Made by a program: the position numbers and the translations under genes. The notes under the pieces are model-generated. The model saw nothing but the letters and a program-made list of their open reading frames with translations. It did not search any database and had not been told where the DNA came from. Of a stretch of DNA of 64,000 nucleotides, positions 49,198-59,578 are shown in pieces. Each line of letters starts with the position of its first letter. The first letter of the stretch is position 1. The stretch covers positions 384,001 through 448,000 of the forward strand of contig CBDBHB010000006.1 in NCBI GenBank assembly GCA_965205505.1, read 5' to 3'. The DNA is from Acidobacteriota bacterium (GTDB taxonomy: Bacteria > Acidobacteriota > UBA890 > WLXD01).

Positions 49198-51645
49198 CTA
49201 ATCGGTACGCAACGCCACCAGGGGATCGATGCGCGTTGCCCTCAGCGCCGGGACGAAGCTCGCCGCCGCGGCGGTCGCCCCCAAGACCAGCACCGCGATG
49301 CCGTAGGCAGCGAAATCGGTGGCGCTGACGCCATACAGCACCGTGGTTGCGGCGCGCGACAACAGGAGTCCGCCGGCCACGCCAAGCACGAGACCGACGA
49401 GCGTCAACCGAGCGCCATGGATCATCACTGCTCGAGTCACGTCAACGGCCCGGGCTCCGACCGCCATGCGGATTCCGATCTTGCGGAAACCCTGTGCCAC
49501 CGCAAAGGAGATCACACCGTAGAGCCCGACCGCCGCCAGCAGCAACGCCAGGCCGGCGAACGCCGCAACTACGCCGGCGGCGAGCCGCGCTGGCAAGAAC
49601 GCCAGCCCCAGGCTGCCGTGCCCGGTGTTCAGATCGGATACCGGCATCGTCGGATCCCGGCGTTGGATGGTTCGGCGTACGGTTTCGAGGGCGGCAGCGG
49701 GGTCGCCAGCGGTGCGCACGTGGACAAAGGTCAGCCCGCCACGGTACTGCTGGGCTCGAGCGCCATAGAAGTAAGGCTTTGGATCCTCGCCGAGGCTGAA
49801 GTACTTGCCGGTCGGCACGACGCCGATAATCTGCCGCTCCTCGCCGCCACTACGGATCCGCTTGCCGACCGCGGTGTCGCCGGGCCAGAAGCGGTCGGCG
49901 AACGCCTGGTTGATGATCGCCACGGGCGCCGCATCGAGGCCGTCGTCCGCGGCGAATGACCGCCCGCGCAAGATCGGGATTCCCATAGCGACGAAGTAGC
50001 CGTGATCGACCTCGTTGTAGTCGAGGCTGGGCCAGTCCTGCCCTTCCGGAATCTCGTATCCCTCGGGCAGCACGCCGCGCGTTCGCGACATCAGCGACAG
50101 CGGCGTCGACTGCGAATAGCCCACCGCTTCGATTCCGGGCTGTACCAGCAGGTCGGCGCGCAGCTCGTCGAAGAAGGTGCTGAGCTCCTTCACCGGGTAA
50201 CCCTGCAGCGCCGGGTCGACGCTGGCGTGAACCAGGCCCTCCGGGTTGAAGCCCAGATCAAGACGCTGCACTTGCTGCAGACTTCGCAGCACCATCCCGG
50301 CGGCAATCAGCAGCACCAGGCACACGGCCACCTGGCCGACGACGAGAGCCTCGCGCAGGCGCGTCGAGCGCCCTCCAGAGCCGGGCGCACCGTCCTTCAG
50401 CGCGACGACCAGATCCTGGCGGGTGGAGGCGATCGCGGGCGCCAGCCCGAAAACCAGCCCGGTGGCCGCCGTGACCAGGAACGTGAACGCCAGCACGGTG
50501 GCGTCCATCCCGACGTCGATCCGCAGCGGCACCCCGGTTGGCGGCTGGAATGACTTCAGCAGGCCGATCAGCGCCAAGCCGAGGAGCACGCCGAGCACTC
50601 CGCCGAGCGCCGACAACACGGCGCTCTCGGTCAGCAGCTGGCGGCTTAAGCGTCCTCTGCCGGCGCCCAACGCCAGACGGATACCCACCTCGCGCGTCCG
50701 GGCGGTCGACCGCGCCACCAGCAGGCCGGCGACGTTGGCGCAGGCCAGGAGCAACACGAAGCCGACGACGCCCGACAACAACGACAGCATGGCGACAAAG
50801 CCGCCGCGAACCGCAGGGTGCAGCGCCGCCTTACTCTCCGGATAGAAATCGACCGTGATGGCGGTATTGGTATCCGGGTAGAGATCTTCCAGATGCACGT
50901 ACAAGGCGTCGAGTGCCGATTTGGCCTGCTGCATCGTGACACCAGGCCTCAACCGGCCGGTGGCTGACTGGATCCAATGGTTACCGCGACGCTCGAGGTT
51001 GGAACCCGAAGGAGTTAGCGCAGGCTCCATGCTGAACGGGATCCAAAGCTCGGTTCGAATGGCGGTGTTGTTGCCTTCATAATCGGCGGGCGCCACCCCG
51101 ATCACGGTGATCTCCTGTCCGTTCAGCAACATACTGCGCCCCAGAGCTCCGGGATCGGCGCCGAAGACGTCGCTCCAGAACCGATGGCTGAGGACGGCCA
51201 CCGGATGGGTCCCCTCGGTCTGATCTTCTTCGGGGAGGAAGCCGCGCCCGAGCTGCGGTTCTACACCCAGCATGTCGAAGTAGTTTCCAGTGACATAGGT
51301 GCCGAAGATTCGGCGGCTCTCGCCGCCGGCGCTGAAGCTGAAGATACCGACGGTGTCGGCCAAGACCTGCTGGAACACGTCGTCGGTGGCCGCGCGCATG
51401 TCCACCAGGTCGGGGTATGACCAGGAGCCGAACTGCAGTCCGTTGTTGTAGTTGAGGTACATGCGCACGAGGCTCTCGGGCTCACGGATCGGCGCCGTCT
51501 GGTAAAGAAACGCCCGCACGAAGCTGAACGCGGCCGAGTTGGCTCCGATGCCGAGCGCCAGGCACGCTACCGCCGCCACGGTGAACCCGGGACTGTTGAT
51601 CAGCTGTCGGGCCCCGAACCTCAGATCTCGTGCGAAATCACCCAC
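49198..51645 (-). CDS. ADOP-type duplicated MacB/FtsX ABC permease
   Basis: DLRFGARQLINSPGF, LALGIGAN, LLLACANVA, REVGIRLALGA, RIDPLVALR. Confidence 0.92.
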   Translation of the reverse strand: MGDFARDLRFGARQLINSPGFTVAAVACLALGIGANSAAFSFVRAFLYQTAPIREPESLVRMYLNYNNGLQFGSWSYPDLVDMRAATDDVFQQVLADTVGIFSFSAGGESRRIFGTYVTGNYFDMLGVEPQLGRGFLPEEDQTEGTHPVAVLSHRFWSDVFGADPGALGRSMLLNGQEITVIGVAPADYEGNNTAIRTELWIPFSMEPALTPSGSNLERRGNHWIQSATGRLRPGVTMQQAKSALDALYVHLEDLYPDTNTAITVDFYPESKAALHPAVRGGFVAMLSLLSGVVGFVLLLACANVAGLLVARSTARTREVGIRLALGAGRGRLSRQLLTESAVLSALGGVLGVLLGLALIGLLKSFQPPTGVPLRIDVGMDATVLAFTFLVTAATGLVFGLAPAIASTRQDLVVALKDGAPGSGGRSTRLREALVVGQVAVCLVLLIAAGMVLRSLQQVQRLDLGFNPEGLVHASVDPALQGYPVKELSTFFDELRADLLVQPGIEAVGYSQSTPLSLMSRTRGVLPEGYEIPEGQDWPSLDYNEVDHGYFVAMGIPILRGRSFAADDGLDAAPVAIINQAFADRFWPGDTAVGKRIRSGGEERQIIGVVPTGKYFSLGEDPKPYFYGARAQQYRGGLTFVHVRTAGDPAAALETVRRTIQRRDPTMPVSDLNTGHGSLGLAFLPARLAAGVVAAFAGLALLLAAVGLYGVISFAVAQGFRKIGIRMAVGARAVDVTRAVMIHGARLTLVGLVLGVAGGLLLSRAATTVLYGVSATDFAAYGIAVLVLGATAAAASFVPALRATRIDPLVALRTD

Positions 51646-51798
51646 GATAGCCTCCTGCCTCTGCCGCGCCGTCGGACAGACGGGACATGCGCCTGTCTAG
51701 CTGGTACGACGACGACCGCGCACGTCCGGTTTCCTTTTGTTGGCACGACCGACGGCTGATACCCTCTCGCCCAACTTCCCACGGACTCGCCTCCGATC

Positions 51799-52857
51799 GT
51801 GACGAACGTCGTCGAAACTGACTCGCAGCGCCGGACCCGCAAGCTTGCTGGCTTGCTCCAGATGGGCTTCGAGTGCGTCGAGGGACCGCTCACCACCGAG
51901 GCTGAGATGCTTGCCGATGGTTGGCGGGTCTCGCAGTCAGTGCCGGCGATGGGAACCGTGGTCTCAGTGTCTGCGTTTCATGAGTCGCGCCTGCTGTCGG
52001 AGGAAGCGATTGGACGTGGGCTGGCGGAGATGGACCGGCTCATAGCGATCCTCAATCGGCACGAGCCGACCTCTGCGATGGGGGTGCTCAACGACACCGG
52101 AGCGCTGCGATCGGCCCCCGATGAGCTCGTCTACCTGCTACGACGAGCTCGTGGGTTCGAGCTGCTCAGCGCCGGTGCCTTCGACATCGCCGTGGCGCCA
52201 GTAGTTGACCTGCTGCGCCAGCGGCGTGAGTCCGGCGACGGCCGCCCGCTGAGTAATGGCGAGCTCGGCGAAGCGCTGGCCCGGGTGGAAGCGGGCCGCG
52301 TCGATGTCGATGGGCGAGGCGTTCGATTTCGTGGAGAGCGCACCACCGTGACGCTCGACGGTATGGCGAAGGGGTTCATCGTCGACCGCATGGCGCACGC
52401 GCTGGAAGCGTGTGGCGCCGACGGCTACCTGATCAACGCGGGCGGCGATATCCGCACGGCCGGAACTCGCGATGGACGGGCGCCCTGGAGCGTGACAGTA
52501 CAGGACCCCGACAAAGGAGGCGAGTACCCTGACGTGCTGCGGTTGCACGACGGCGCCGTCGCCACTTCGGGGAGTTACGAGATCTATTTCGATCGCCAGC
52601 GCACGCTGCACCACATCATCGACCCGACCGGCGGATGGCCGGTACACACCAGCAGCGTGACCGTGCGTGCGGCCACCGCCATGACTGCAGACGCCCTGGC
52701 GACAGCAGTTTTCGTGGCCGGGCCGGAGAAAGGCATGCCGCTGGTCGCTTCGATCCCCGGGGCTGCCTGCCTGATCGTTGCCGCTAACGGCTCTATCCTC
52801 AAATCCGCCGGATGGACGAACCGGCCCGAGATCGCCGCACCCCCTGGAGACCGATGA
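51799..52857 (+). CDS. apbE: FAD:protein FMN transferase
   Basis: AMGT, GAFDIAVAP, LDGMAKGFIVD, NAGGDI, VATSGSYE, HHIIDP, ADALATA; no evident signal peptide. Confidence 0.92.
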   Translation: MTNVVETDSQRRTRKLAGLLQMGFECVEGPLTTEAEMLADGWRVSQSVPAMGTVVSVSAFHESRLLSEEAIGRGLAEMDRLIAILNRHEPTSAMGVLNDTGALRSAPDELVYLLRRARGFELLSAGAFDIAVAPVVDLLRQRRESGDGRPLSNGELGEALARVEAGRVDVDGRGVRFRGERTTVTLDGMAKGFIVDRMAHALEACGADGYLINAGGDIRTAGTRDGRAPWSVTVQDPDKGGEYPDVLRLHDGAVATSGSYEIYFDRQRTLHHIIDPTGGWPVHTSSVTVRAATAMTADALATAVFVAGPEKGMPLVASIPGAACLIVAANGSILKSAGWTNRPEIAAPPGDR

Positions 52858-53345
52858 CCCATTCGACATCGCAGTACCGGAGTGGACAGAGGCTGGCGCT
52901 GGTGGCCCTGCGGATGCTGGTTGGCTGGCACTTGCTGTACGAGGGCATCGCCAAGCTGCAGAATTCTTACTGGACTTCGGCCGGGTTCGTTTCCGAGGCG
53001 CAGGGGCCGTTTGCGGGGTGGTTCCTGTGGTTGGTGTCGGAACCGGGGCGCCTACAGCTGGTCGACCTGCTCAACAAGTGGGGCTTGACGCTCATCGGCC
53101 TGGCCCTGGTCGTCGGTCTGGGGTCACGCACGGCGTCGTTGCTGGGCATGGTCCTGCTAGGACTCTACTACGTCGCCAACCCGCCCCTGCCCGGACTGGA
53201 CACGGCGATTCCCGCCGAGGGGTCGTACATGATCGTCAACAAGACCTTGATCGAGATTGCGGCGCTGTTGGTCATCAGGGCCTTCCCTACCGATGACGTG
53301 GTGGGCCTCGGTCGACTTCTGCGACGCGAGAGGGAATCGGCATGA
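52854..53345 (+). CDS. DoxX-family membrane protein
   Basis: LRMLVGWHLLYEGIAK...EGSYMIVNKTLIE; ATGA overlap with apbE. Confidence 0.88.
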   Translation: MTHSTSQYRSGQRLALVALRMLVGWHLLYEGIAKLQNSYWTSAGFVSEAQGPFAGWFLWLVSEPGRLQLVDLLNKWGLTLIGLALVVGLGSRTASLLGMVLLGLYYVANPPLPGLDTAIPAEGSYMIVNKTLIEIAALLVIRAFPTDDVVGLGRLLRRERESA

Positions 53346-54958
53346 GCATGGACGACAACGAGCAGACGATCCACGACGCCGGCAACGCGCCCGACAAGAG
53401 CAGAGTTCACGGCAAGGCGCTCGACCGCCGCGACCTCTTCAAGGGGCTGGCATCGCTGCCGGTTCTCGGGACGCTCGGATGGGGGGCGTGGCGTAAGAAA
53501 ACGCTTGCTGACGAGCGCCGAAACCAGGTGCTGGCCGAGCTCGGGGTGAGCGGTGATGCGCCAGCGATCATCGACCACGCACAAAGCCGGCCACCTGCCG
53601 ATCGCATCAACCTCGGGATTATCGGCTTCGGCGGCCGGGGCGAGACGCTGATGCGCGGCGCGGGGTTCGCTCACCCTGAAGTTACCGAGGAGTGGCGGCA
53701 GGCCGCGGCCGAGGATCCGCGTAACACTCGACTCTCCGAGTTCATGCTGCAGGGCGATCTGAACGTGGCGTTTACCGCCGTCTGCGACGTGTTCGACGTG
53801 CGCGCCGAACGTGCTATCGCAGCGTCAGCTAACGAGACGCGCCCGGGCGGTGACTCGGGCTCCCGGCCCGCCTACCGGTTCCGCCACTACGAGGAGCTGC
53901 TCAATTCCCCCGATGTCGACGCCGTGCTGATCGGCACCCCCGATCACTGGCATGCGCCGATGACAATCGCCGCCGCCGCTGCCGGCAAGCACGTCTACTG
54001 CGAGAAGGCGATGACGCGCACCGAGGAAGAGGTCCTGCCGATGGTGGAGGCAGTCAAGGCCTCGGGCATCAAGTTCCAGCTCGGTCACCAGAATCGTCAG
54101 CTCGAGAGCCACGAAAAGGCGCGCGAGATCATCGAGAAGGAGATCCTCGGCAAGGTGACGCTGGTGGAAACAACCACCAACCGTAATGATCCCTGGGGCG
54201 CTTGGGTATGGGACATTCATCCCGAAGGCAACCCCGACACCATCGATTGGGAGCAGTTCCAGGGCAACGCCGCCAAGCAAGTGCCTTTCAACCTCGAGCG
54301 GTTCTTTCGATGGCGCTGCTGGTACGACTACGGCACCGGGTTGGCGGGCGATTTGCTGTCGCATGAGTACGATGCCCTCAACCAGATCATGAACCTGGGA
54401 ATCCCGAAGTCTGCGGTCGCCTCGGGCGGCGTTTACTTCTTCAAGGATGGCCGCGATGTGCCCGATACCTTCCAGGTGGTCTACGAGTATCCGGAGCGCG
54501 ACCTTACCGTCGTGTACAGCGCCACGCTGGCGAGCGGACGCGGACGCGGCAAGGTGTTCATGGGTCACGACGCCGCGATGGAAGTCGGCAGCGGCGTGCG
54601 GGTGATCGCCGACGCGCAGTCGACACGCTATGCGGATCTGATCGAGCGCGACGTTGTTGATGTCGATCGGGCTCTGCTTACGTATCGACCAGGCTTCAAG
54701 GGGCTCGACGCCGTGACCACCGCCACCGAGGAGTACTTCGCCAGTCGCGGATTGTTATTCACCTACCAAGGCGGCCGACGCGTCAGCACGCATTGGCTGC
54801 ATATCAAGGACTGGCTCGATACGGTGCGCCATGGCGGCGAGCCGAGCTGCAACATCGATCGCGGCTTCGAGGAAGCGATGACCTGTCATATGGCCACGAA
54901 GTCCTACCAGCTCGCCCGCAGGGTCGAGTGGGACCCGGTCCAGCAGAAGATCGTGTAG
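53342..54958 (+). CDS. Gfo/Idh/MocA oxidoreductase with twin-Arg-like N-terminus
   Basis: RRDLFK, IGFGGRG, TPDHWH, HVYCEK, GDLLSHEYD; ATGA overlap with doxX. Confidence 0.92.
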   Translation: MSMDDNEQTIHDAGNAPDKSRVHGKALDRRDLFKGLASLPVLGTLGWGAWRKKTLADERRNQVLAELGVSGDAPAIIDHAQSRPPADRINLGIIGFGGRGETLMRGAGFAHPEVTEEWRQAAAEDPRNTRLSEFMLQGDLNVAFTAVCDVFDVRAERAIAASANETRPGGDSGSRPAYRFRHYEELLNSPDVDAVLIGTPDHWHAPMTIAAAAAGKHVYCEKAMTRTEEEVLPMVEAVKASGIKFQLGHQNRQLESHEKAREIIEKEILGKVTLVETTTNRNDPWGAWVWDIHPEGNPDTIDWEQFQGNAAKQVPFNLERFFRWRCWYDYGTGLAGDLLSHEYDALNQIMNLGIPKSAVASGGVYFFKDGRDVPDTFQVVYEYPERDLTVVYSATLASGRGRGKVFMGHDAAMEVGSGVRVIADAQSTRYADLIERDVVDVDRALLTYRPGFKGLDAVTTATEEYFASRGLLFTYQGGRRVSTHWLHIKDWLDTVRHGGEPSCNIDRGFEEAMTCHMATKSYQLARRVEWDPVQQKIV

Positions 54959-55029
54959 CGTTCGCCGGTTCGAGGGCGACGAGGAACATCGGCTCGTCGA
55001 TAGACATCCGCCAGGGGCACGTGACACGC

Positions 55030-56235
55030 ATGCACGGCAAGTTCCAGCTCGGCTTGATGATGTTCCTGCAGTACGCCATCTGGGGCGCGTGGGCCCCGGT
55101 GTTGTCTGCGTATCTGCTCGCGGACCTGAGCTTCGAGGGCACGCAAGTCGGGTTCGTCTATTCACTCTTGCCGATGGCCACGATCATCGCTCCGTTCGTC
55201 GGCGGGCAGATCGCTGATCGCTACTTCGCCTCCGAGCACACCATCGCCTTTCTGCAGCTGTCGGGCGGCGGGGTGCTGCTATACGCGGCGACGCTGACCG
55301 ACTACCGGTCGCTGGTATTGGTGATGTTCGTGTATTGCCTGTTGTATGCGCCGACGTTGGCGCTTACCAATTCGATCGCCATGAGCAACCTCGACAACTC
55401 CGAAGAGGGGTTCGGTCGGATCCGGGTCTGGGGAACGATCGGTTGGATAGCAGCGGGGTGGATGCTCTCGGCCTGGCGCGCCGGCACCGGCGGAATGGTG
55501 GTGGCCAGCGACATGTTCCTACTCGCCGGCGGCTTCTCCATCGTCATGGGGTTGCAGTCGTTTCTGTTGCCGCATACGCCGCCGCGGCGTGACAGCCGCA
55601 CGCCCTGGCCGTTTCTGGAAGCGCTGCGCATGCTCCGAGATCGCGAGTTCGCCATCTTCATGTTGATCTCGTTCGTCGTTGCCACCGAGCTGCAGTTCTA
55701 CTATGTGCTTACTGCGCCATTTCTTCAGTCGTCGGCTATCGGCATTTCACCGGCGCGCGTGCCGGCCGTCATGACGGTCGCTCAGATCGCCGAGATCTTC
55801 GTGCTGGTGGTGATGCTGTCGTGGTTTCTCAAGCGTTACGGAATGCACTCTACGCTGGCGCTGGGCGTCATCGCGTGGCCGGTGCGCTACGTGATCTTCG
55901 CCATTGGCACTCCATGGTGGCTGGTGGTGGCGTCGTTGACCCTGCACGGTTTCTGCTACGTTTTCTTTTTCGTGGCGGCGTTCATCTACGTTGACTCGGT
56001 GGCGCCGACGAGCATCCGGGCCTCGGCCCAGAGTCTCATCGCCATCGTCACCTTGGGGGTCGGCAGCTTCGTCGGCAGCAACTTTGCCGGCTACGTGCAA
56101 AGCTGGTTCACCGTTGACGGGGCGACCGATTGGTTCAACGTGTTTCTCGTACCCTGCGCCGTGACGGTGTTGTGCGCCGTAGCGTATCTCTTGTTCTTCA
56201 AGGACCAACGCGCGGCGCAGCCGGTTGCCGTTTGA
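55030..56235 (+). CDS. MFS nucleoside/sugar:H+ symporter (NupG-like)
   Basis: MFLQYAIWGAW, IADRYF, IRVWGTIGWI, LHGFCY. Confidence 0.88.
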   Translation: MHGKFQLGLMMFLQYAIWGAWAPVLSAYLLADLSFEGTQVGFVYSLLPMATIIAPFVGGQIADRYFASEHTIAFLQLSGGGVLLYAATLTDYRSLVLVMFVYCLLYAPTLALTNSIAMSNLDNSEEGFGRIRVWGTIGWIAAGWMLSAWRAGTGGMVVASDMFLLAGGFSIVMGLQSFLLPHTPPRRDSRTPWPFLEALRMLRDREFAIFMLISFVVATELQFYYVLTAPFLQSSAIGISPARVPAVMTVAQIAEIFVLVVMLSWFLKRYGMHSTLALGVIAWPVRYVIFAIGTPWWLVVASLTLHGFCYVFFFVAAFIYVDSVAPTSIRASAQSLIAIVTLGVGSFVGSNFAGYVQSWFTVDGATDWFNVFLVPCAVTVLCAVAYLLFFKDQRAAQPVAV

Positions 56236-56256
56236 CGGCCCCATGAATCGAGCCCC

Positions 56257-57507
56257 ATGACTCAACGACGACTCGGTGTAGGGATTATCGGTGGCGGCTT
56301 CGTCGGCCGCTTCCACATCCGTTCCTTCATCGGCGTCCGCGACGCCGATGTCCTCGGCGTGGTCAGTCGAAGCGGTGAGACCGCGGAGGAAGCGGCCGCC
56401 CTAGCGCGCCAGCTTCGCGTCGGCGAGGCGCGGCCGTTCGCTTCGATTGCCGAGTTGGTTGCCGATCCTGGTATCGATGCGGTGTGGATCTGCTCGCCCA
56501 ACTTCACCCGTATCGAAGTCATGGAGGAGATCGTCGACGCGGTGAAATCGGGCAAGGGCAAGTTGCTAGGTGTAGCGTGCGAAAAACCGCTGGGGCGCAA
56601 TACCGCCGAGGCGATGCGCATGGTCGAGCTGGTGCAGGAGGCCGAGCTGCTCGACGGCTATCTGGAGAACCAGTTGTTTACGCCGAGCGTGGTACGCGGC
56701 AAGCAGATCGTCTGGGAGCGCGGCGCTGCCCTCACGGGACCACCCTACCTGGCACGGGCGGCGGAAGAGCACGCTGGCCCGCACATGCCCTGGTTCTGGT
56801 CGGGTGAGTTGCAAGGGGGCGGGGTGCTCAACGACATGATGTGCCACTCCGTGGAGACAGCGCGCTTTCTGCTGACGCCGCCCGAGGCGCCCCGCGATGC
56901 GCTGACGCCGGTTCGCGTGACCGCCTACACCAACTGCTTGAAGTGGCAGCAGCCGCACTACGCCGAGCAGCTGGCACGAGCGAGCGGAGGACAGAACGAC
57001 TACCAGACCCGCCCGTCCGAGGATTTCGCGCGTTCGCTCGTCGAGTATCGCGACCCGGACGGCAACCCGCGCATCGTCGAGACCACCACATCGTGGTGCT
57101 TCGTCGGCGCTGGGCTGCGGCTCACGATGGAGCTGCTCGGCCCCGAATACTCGATGTCAGTGAACTCACTCGACATGGGCCCCAAGCTGTTCTTCTCGAG
57201 GCAAGTGGTCGGGACGGCAGGCGAGGACCTGGTAGAGAAGCAAAACGCGGAAGTTGGCCAGATGCCGGTGGTGGCCGACGAAGAAAGCGAGTATGGCTAC
57301 GTCGGTGAGAATCGGCACATGGTGCGGTGCTTTCTCGACGGCCGACGGCCGGACGAGACGTTCGACGATGGTCTCAACGTCACGGAGTTGCTGATGACCG
57401 CTTATATGAGTGCCGAGCGTGGCGCTGCCATCGAGTTTCCGCCGCCGGACCTGGCAGGCTTCGTGCCGGCCGTGGCGCGCGGCGAATGGAACCCCAAGAG
57501 CGAATAG
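56257..57507 (+). CDS. Gfo/Idh/MocA oxidoreductase
   Basis: IGGGFVG, CEKPL, GGGVLNDMMCH. Confidence 0.92.
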   Translation: MTQRRLGVGIIGGGFVGRFHIRSFIGVRDADVLGVVSRSGETAEEAAALARQLRVGEARPFASIAELVADPGIDAVWICSPNFTRIEVMEEIVDAVKSGKGKLLGVACEKPLGRNTAEAMRMVELVQEAELLDGYLENQLFTPSVVRGKQIVWERGAALTGPPYLARAAEEHAGPHMPWFWSGELQGGGVLNDMMCHSVETARFLLTPPEAPRDALTPVRVTAYTNCLKWQQPHYAEQLARASGGQNDYQTRPSEDFARSLVEYRDPDGNPRIVETTTSWCFVGAGLRLTMELLGPEYSMSVNSLDMGPKLFFSRQVVGTAGEDLVEKQNAEVGQMPVVADEESEYGYVGENRHMVRCFLDGRRPDETFDDGLNVTELLMTAYMSAERGAAIEFPPPDLAGFVPAVARGEWNPKSE

Positions 57508-57533
57508 AGCCGCTACAGGCAGGAGATCCCCTG

Positions 57534-58265
57534 ATGACCCATGATGTGAGACGACTACCACTACCTGCCATCGTGTTCAGCGTCGGCGCTGCAGCTGCCA
57601 TCGCTGTCGGCGCCGTACGCTCGCTGCCCGCTGGCGGTGAAGCCAGTGCGATTCCGCCGGTGGAGGAGACGATGTCGGTGAGCTCAGATGGTTTCGAGGA
57701 CCTGATCCAGCGGAACGACAACGGCGTCTTTCACAAGGGCGGTTGGAACCACTACGGACCGGGCTACTTCGTGCTCGATGGGGAAACCGGCGTGTTCGAG
57801 TCGCACGGCGGCATGGGGCTCATGTGGTACAGCGCCCGCGAGTACTCCGACTTTGCGCTCGAGCTCGATTTCAAAACCAGCAAGCTGGAAACGAATTCCG
57901 GGGTGTTTATTCGCGTTCCCGGTGTTCCGAGTAGCGACGATTACATCTATCACTCGTTCGAGATCCAGATCTACGATGCGACCGAGGAGGGGATCCACCG
58001 GACCGGCGCAGTCTACGACGCGGAACCGGCGACGCACTTGGCCTCTCGCCCGACGGGCGACTGGAACCACATGCGTGTGACCTTCGTAGGTGATCACATC
58101 GCCGTCGAGATCAATGGCGAGATGGTGGTCGATTGGGATGCGGAGCCACGCGGGAAGATTGCCGACTTCGCCGCCTCCGGCTATGTGGGGTTGCAGAACC
58201 ACGACCGCGACAGCTCGGTCTGGTTCCGCAACATCCGGGCCAAGGACTTGACCGCCGCGCCGTGA
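57534..58265 (+). CDS. DUF1080 (3-keto-glycoside hydrolase family) protein
   Basis: NSGVFIR, FEIQIYD, TGAVYD, WNHMRV, GYVGLQNH, WFRNI. Confidence 0.9.
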   Translation: MTHDVRRLPLPAIVFSVGAAAAIAVGAVRSLPAGGEASAIPPVEETMSVSSDGFEDLIQRNDNGVFHKGGWNHYGPGYFVLDGETGVFESHGGMGLMWYSAREYSDFALELDFKTSKLETNSGVFIRVPGVPSSDDYIYHSFEIQIYDATEEGIHRTGAVYDAEPATHLASRPTGDWNHMRVTFVGDHIAVEINGEMVVDWDAEPRGKIADFAASGYVGLQNHDRDSSVWFRNIRAKDLTAAP

Positions 58266-58295
58266 CGGCGACCTGGGCTACCGGCCACTAGCGCA

Positions 58296-58559
58296 CTAGT
58301 CGTTGCCAGGTGTCGGCGGATCCGCGGACCCTTCGTCGTCGCGCCGCGACCGTTGTCGCTCCTGGAGCATGTGGCGCCGGTCGGGCTCGAGAAGGGACTG
58401 CACTTCGAGCAGCGCGTTGCCGACCCGAGCCGACGATCCACCGCGACGCCAGTCGTCGCTTACCCAGCGTTGCTCGCGCCGCTTCATCAGCCAGCCAACC
58501 CAAAGGAAGGCGCCCACGGCTACCACGATCACGATCGCGAGCTGTGCGAGCTCACTCAT
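58296..58559 (-). CDS. Small single-TM hypothetical protein
   Basis: MSELAQLAIVIVVAVGAFLWVGWL followed by a charged tail. Confidence 0.55.
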   Translation of the reverse strand: MSELAQLAIVIVVAVGAFLWVGWLMKRREQRWVSDDWRRGGSSARVGNALLEVQSLLEPDRRHMLQERQRSRRDDEGSADPPTPGND

Positions 58560-58632
58560 CGTCGATACCGTAGACCCCACCGCCGGAGCAGCAACTCGTA
58601 TCGCAGCTGGATTGGCGCGCCGATCGCACGCT

Positions 58633-59556
58633 TCAGGACATCTCGCTGGCAAGCTCGTTGCGGACTCGCTCCAGCAGTGCCTTGGTGGCGCGAATCCCAT
58701 CGGGCTCCGACAAGCGCTCGCCCTCGTACTCAATGCCCACCCGGCCGCGATACCCGGCGTTGCCAACGATGCGCAGCAGGCGGTCATAGTCGAGCCGGAC
58801 CTCGTTGCCGTCGGGTCCGAAATCGTACGACTTGGCGCTCACGGCGCGCGCCATGGGCATCAGCTCCTCGACACCGAGGTAAAAGTCATACCAGTCATCA
58901 TCGGCGATTCGGAAGTTGCCGAAGTCCGGCAGGGTCCCGAGCCCCGGATGGTCGCCGCGACGGATCGTCTCGGCCAGCCACTTGCCATTGCTCGATAGGC
59001 CGCCGTGATTCTCGACCAGCACGCTCAAGCCATGGTCCGAGGCGAACTCCGCCAGGCGACGCAACCCATCTGCGGCCAGCCGGCTCTGCTCCTCCCAGGT
59101 GCCCTCCGACGCTGCGTTCACGCGGATGCTGTGACAGCCAAGGAAGGCGGCAGCCTCGACCCACTTGTGATGGTTCTCGATTGCCTGAGTACGTACTGCG
59201 GCGTCCGGATCTCCGAGGCGTCCCTCGCGGTCGCACATGATTAGCAGGCTGCGAACGCCCTCACCGTCGCAACGCGCCTGCATCTCCTGCAGGTAGGCTG
59301 CGTCGCGTGCCCGTTCGAAGAAGAAGACGTTGACGTACTCGACCGCGTCAATGCCGAACGTGGTGCGGGCTCCATTGATGAAGTCGAGATGGTCGAGCTC
59401 ACCCGCGAGCAGAGCCCGGTGCTGCGACCACTCCGCCAACGAGATGCTGAACCACGAGTCGCTCGCGCGGCCGTGCGCAGAAATGGCAGGAAGCGCCGCG
59501 ACCGCCCCCAGTGCTGCTGACTGCCCCAGGAATCGCCGGCGTGTCGTGGGCTTCAT
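58633..59556 (-). CDS. Tat-exported sugar phosphate isomerase/epimerase (xylose isomerase-like TIM barrel)
   Basis: RRRFLG signal, ISLAEWS, VENHGGLSS, LPDFGNF, GIEYEG. Confidence 0.9.
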   Translation of the reverse strand: MKPTTRRRFLGQSAALGAVAALPAISAHGRASDSWFSISLAEWSQHRALLAGELDHLDFINGARTTFGIDAVEYVNVFFFERARDAAYLQEMQARCDGEGVRSLLIMCDREGRLGDPDAAVRTQAIENHHKWVEAAAFLGCHSIRVNAASEGTWEEQSRLAADGLRRLAEFASDHGLSVLVENHGGLSSNGKWLAETIRRGDHPGLGTLPDFGNFRIADDDWYDFYLGVEELMPMARAVSAKSYDFGPDGNEVRLDYDRLLRIVGNAGYRGRVGIEYEGERLSEPDGIRATKALLERVRNELASEMS

Positions 59557-59578
59557 GATCGAGCCTTCTCCGAGAGGC

